From the NCBI GenBank assembly GCA_046583355.1, contig JAYGCM010000034.1:11566-75565 (forward strand): a stretch of 64,000 nucleotides of DNA, written 5' to 3'. This document shows positions 60,926-64,000 of this stretch, piece by piece. Both the position numbers and the translations under genes were made by a program. A model generated the notes under the pieces. The model was not told the origin of the DNA. It did not search any database and was given only the letters and a program-made list of their open reading frames with translations. Position 1 is the stretch's first letter, and each line of letters opens with the position of its first letter. The stretch is from Deltaproteobacteria bacterium (lineage in GTDB: Bacteria; Desulfobacterota; Binatia; UBA12015).

Positions 60926-62494
60926 ATGCCCCCAAACGAAGACGAACACGAAACCACCACCGCCGCATTGACGGCACCAGCCCGAGGAACGGTCTTGCAG
61001 GAAGGCGACCCGGACGACGAGCGGCTCCGCGCCCATGTCCAACCTACGGGTTGGACCAATCCGGAGCCGGCCGAACGCTACAATCTGGTGGTCATCGGCG
61101 GCGGTACGGCTGGCCTGGTCGCCGCCGCCGGTGCGGCCGGACTCGGCGCCCGCGTGGCGCTGATCGAGGCGCATATGCTGGGCGGGGATTGCCTCAACTC
61201 CGGCTGTGTTCCCTCCAAGGCATTGCTGCGCAGCGCGCGGGTCGCCGGCGAACTCGGCCGCGCCGCCGAGCTCGGCTTTCCAGCGGCCGCAGGCGCGCCG
61301 GACTCGGCCGCAGCGTTGCGCCGCATGCGCCAGTTGCGCGCCGATATGGCCCCGATCGACTCGGCCGAGCGCTTCCGCAGCGAACTCGGCATCGATGTCT
61401 TTCAAGGCCGCGCCCATTTCACCGGCCCCGACGAGATCGCGGTGGGCGACGCGCGGCTGCGCTTTCGCCGCGCCGTGGTCGCCACCGGCGCGCAGCCTAT
61501 CCTGCCCGATATTCCGGGACTCGCCGCGGCCGGGGTGCGGACCAACGAATCCATTTTCGCCCTCGAGGCAGCCCCGGCGCGCCTGGCCGTGGTCGGTGGT
61601 GGGCCCATCGGCTGCGAGCTTGCACAAGCCTTCCAACGCCTCGGCTCGCAAGTGACGATATTCTTGCGCGGCCCGGCGCTGCTACCGCGCGAAGACCGCG
61701 CGGCGGCCGCCATTGTCGAAGCGGCCCTGCTCGCCGACGGCGTCCGGATTCTTCACCAGACCAGGATCGAAGAAATGTCGCGGGAAGGCCAGACGCGTCA
61801 CATTCATTACCGCCACGACGGCGCACTCCAGAAGTTTGCGGTCGACGAAATCCTGGTCGCCACCGGACGCGCTCCCAATATCAAGGGACTCGGCCTCGAG
61901 GCGGCCGGCATCGAAGCCGATCACCGCAAAGGCATCCAGGTCGACGACAGGCTGCAAACGACCAACCCGGCGGTCTATGCCTCGGGCGATGTCTGCCTGA
62001 GCGAGAAATTCACCCATGCAGCCGACTTCGCCTCGCGACTGGTGATCCAGAATGCGCTGTTTCGTGGCTCACGGAAGCGCTCCGCCCTACTGATCCCGCG
62101 CTGCACCTACACCCACCCCGAGATCGCCTCGGTCGGCGTGACCACTCAGGAGGCCGGAGACGGCCTCGCCTACCGTGAATGGCTGATCCCCTTTGCCGAT
62201 CTCGACCGCGCCCGACTCGACGGCGAGACCGAGGGCTTCGTGCGGATTCTCACGCCACGCAAGGGCGACAAGATCGTCGGTGCGACCATCGTCGCCAGCC
62301 ACGCCGGCGAGATGATCGGTGAGATCTGCGTCGCCATGCAAGGCGGCGTGGGGCTCGGCGCATTGGCGAATATCACCCACCCCTACCCGACCCAGGCCGA
62401 TGCCATCCGCAAGGCTGGCGATCTCTACAACCGCACCCGCCTCACGCCTCTGGTGAAGCGTCTCTTCGGACTCTGGTTTCGCTGGAACCGCTGA
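60926..62494 (+). CDS. Class I pyridine nucleotide-disulfide oxidoreductase (MerA/Lpd-like, no metal-binding extras)
   Basis: GGGTAG, GGDCLNSGCVPSK, GGGPIG, HPYPT. No C-terminal Cys pair. Confidence 0.9.
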   Translation: MPPNEDEHETTTAALTAPARGTVLQEGDPDDERLRAHVQPTGWTNPEPAERYNLVVIGGGTAGLVAAAGAAGLGARVALIEAHMLGGDCLNSGCVPSKALLRSARVAGELGRAAELGFPAAAGAPDSAAALRRMRQLRADMAPIDSAERFRSELGIDVFQGRAHFTGPDEIAVGDARLRFRRAVVATGAQPILPDIPGLAAAGVRTNESIFALEAAPARLAVVGGGPIGCELAQAFQRLGSQVTIFLRGPALLPREDRAAAAIVEAALLADGVRILHQTRIEEMSREGQTRHIHYRHDGALQKFAVDEILVATGRAPNIKGLGLEAAGIEADHRKGIQVDDRLQTTNPAVYASGDVCLSEKFTHAADFASRLVIQNALFRGSRKRSALLIPRCTYTHPEIASVGVTTQEAGDGLAYREWLIPFADLDRARLDGETEGFVRILTPRKGDKIVGATIVASHAGEMIGEICVAMQGGVGLGALANITHPYPTQADAIRKAGDLYNRTRLTPLVKRLFGLWFRWNR

Positions 62495-62627
62495 GAGATC
62501 CACGCCAGCAGCGCGCATGGGAAAGAACATAACGCTTCCCTTGCGGCGCGGGTCATTGGGGCCCCGTCTCGGACCGTTCGGCCGGGCACGGTTGTAGGGC
62601 TGCTCCATAGCGCCTAGATTGAGGGGG

Positions 62628-63539
62628 ATGGTTCGATATTTTGTTCTCGCCTTATTCGTCTTTCCGTTATTGGTCGCTCGTCCCGCTACGGCACAGGAGG
62701 CCTCGGCCGCCCAGACCACACCCGATGGCCGCACCGTGCTCATCAGCAAGGATATCGGGGCGGAACGTTGGGCCATCGCGCTCAACCCCGCCGATGGGAC
62801 AGTGACCGGCAACGTCTTCCGCACCGATGGCAGCCCGCCGCAATTCATCTGGTGCGAGCGTCTGGGAACCATCGGAGACTCGGTCAACCCGGCCGAGATC
62901 GAGGTCGAGATCGATTGCTTCGGCACCGAACGCTGCGTCTCCTCGCCGTGCCTGGCGAGCGCATGGAACCATATTGCCCGAATCCCGATTGCCGGCGATT
63001 TCTTCCTGCCGGCGCGCGACCCCTTCGTGCCCTTCCAGGCACCAGACGCCTATTGCCACGAATGGGCCTGGGGACCGGGTATCGAGGGCGGCGAGGCCAC
63101 CTTCGAAATCGAAAGCGCCGATTGCAACTACTTGACAGTAGTGCAGAACTCGCGCCTACCCATCCAGCAGGGCGATCCACTCTTTCTGCGCGCTTGGCAT
63201 ACCAGCCTGACCGCACCGCCCGATAGCGAGTCGTATATGGGCATCCAGATCGGCGACGATCTACTCTGGGCCGCGCGAATTCCCCTGCCGCCAGGCACCT
63301 CGAGCAGCAACCCGGTACCCCTCAAACTCTTCATCAACGGCCTGAACGGCGTGCCAGAGAACCTCTCGGCCCCCGCCGACGCACCCGCCGGAACGCCGAT
63401 CTATTTCCATTTCCACAACCACGGCGACAATACCTACAACCTGCTCGAGCTGAACCGCGGTGGTGAGAATGGTCCCTCGCTGATCGACCATGAAGCATGG
63501 GAGCGCGCGAGCATCGGCGTCCCAGGCGACGAAGACTGA
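62628..63539 (+). CDS. Secreted two-domain hypothetical protein
   Basis: Signal peptide MVRYFVLALFVFPLLVARPATA. N-domain TPDGRTVLISKD...WAI...TVTGNVF...WC; C-domain with HFHNHG. Confidence 0.85.
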   Translation: MVRYFVLALFVFPLLVARPATAQEASAAQTTPDGRTVLISKDIGAERWAIALNPADGTVTGNVFRTDGSPPQFIWCERLGTIGDSVNPAEIEVEIDCFGTERCVSSPCLASAWNHIARIPIAGDFFLPARDPFVPFQAPDAYCHEWAWGPGIEGGEATFEIESADCNYLTVVQNSRLPIQQGDPLFLRAWHTSLTAPPDSESYMGIQIGDDLLWAARIPLPPGTSSSNPVPLKLFINGLNGVPENLSAPADAPAGTPIYFHFHNHGDNTYNLLELNRGGENGPSLIDHEAWERASIGVPGDED

Positions 63540-63723
63540 GTCGTCTCGCCCGCCGCCAGGGGACATGTCCCCCCATCGCACACGGCTACCAGGTCGGCAT
63601 CGGCGATCTTGCCGGGAGGGGTTACATCCGATCAGGCAGCGTGAGCGCAGCGTGATGCGTCACCAATCCCCAAGCGTCCTACCAAACTACCCGGCCGTCG
63701 GTAAACGCACCGGCGGGAGACGA

Positions 63724-64000
63724 TCAAGGGAGAGGATCCTGATTCAGCCATACGCGGTTGGCCTGACCGCCGTGATTGGCGACCCAGGCGTCGAGGTCGC
63801 CGTCGCCGTCCACGTCGCCGAGGCTCACGCCGCGGCTGTCCGAGCTGCCCAGCGCCTGGCCGCTATCGGTGTAGACGCCCAGACCGTCGTTCAGCCATAC
63901 GCGGTTGTAACCGTTATTGGCGACCCAGACGTCGAGGTCGCCGTCGCCGTCCACGTCGCCGAGGCCCACGTCCCAGCTGACCGAGTTGCCCAGCGCCTGA
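63724..64000 (-). CDS. C-terminus of FG-GAP/VCBS repeat protein, 5' end outside window
   Basis: Two copies of LGDVDGDGDLDxWVAN...NRVWLN; frame open to the window edge. Confidence 0.9.
   Translation of the reverse strand, partial: QALGNSVSWDVGLGDVDGDGDLDVWVANNGYNRVWLNDGLGVYTDSGQALGSSDSRGVSLGDVDGDGDLDAWVANHGGQANRVWLNQDPLP
63743..64000. repeat. Near-identical tandem coding repeat (period about 141 nt)
   Basis: cgacccag-cgtcgaggtcgccgtcgccgtccacgtcgccgaggc occurs at about 63780 and 63921. Confidence 0.85.

Noticed and set aside
60926..62494. Mercuric reductase (merA)
   Set aside because: No N-terminal metal-binding domain, no C-terminal Cys pair and no mer genes nearby. Treated as a generic disulfide oxidoreductase.
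1..64000. CRISPR array, prophage, retron/DGR or intact defence system
   Set aside because: No regularly spaced repeat-spacer array, and no cas, reverse transcriptase, integrase or phage structural genes were recognised by eye.

Overview
High-GC bacterial chromosome segment, mostly core housekeeping genes in deltaproteobacterial-style order. The secreted orphan proteins suggest a Binatia-like or Myxococcota-related organism, but that is an unverified inference. It contains nadB (5' truncated); purF with a degenerate purL; the rimP-nusA-infB-rbfA-truB-rpsO-pnp-M16 peptidase-dut operon; greA, comF, purN, pyrD, grxC, mazG and rpsT; the yceD-rpmF-fabD-fabG-acpP-glyA-nrdR-ribD-ribBA-ribH-nusB-leuS-lptE-holA superoperon; lpxD, hisI and hisG; a sigma54 regulator cluster; imuA-imuB; tRNA-Asn; and a tal-rpiA-gnd-zwf-glk cluster. 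I found no CRISPR array, prophage or intact mobile element, and no clearly new multi-gene system. The unusual signals are: (1) NusB fused in frame to a LeuRS that looks Deinococcus/Thermus-type; (2) two intact but apparently catalytically dead enzymes, PurL and the RibB half of RibBA; (3) genes missing from the superoperon (plsX reduced to a scar still encoding SAGNTGA; fabH, fabF, rpiB and ribE absent); (4) a shared TTCG-N7-TTCGCC direct repeat before imuA and before an HNH pseudogene, a candidate SOS box; (5) several pseudogenes collapsed by repeated internal deletions; (6) three small proteins under 60 aa missed by the ORF track; (7) a ChpT-like pseudo-kinase next to an NtrC-type regulator. 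All family assignments come from motif recognition, not database searches.
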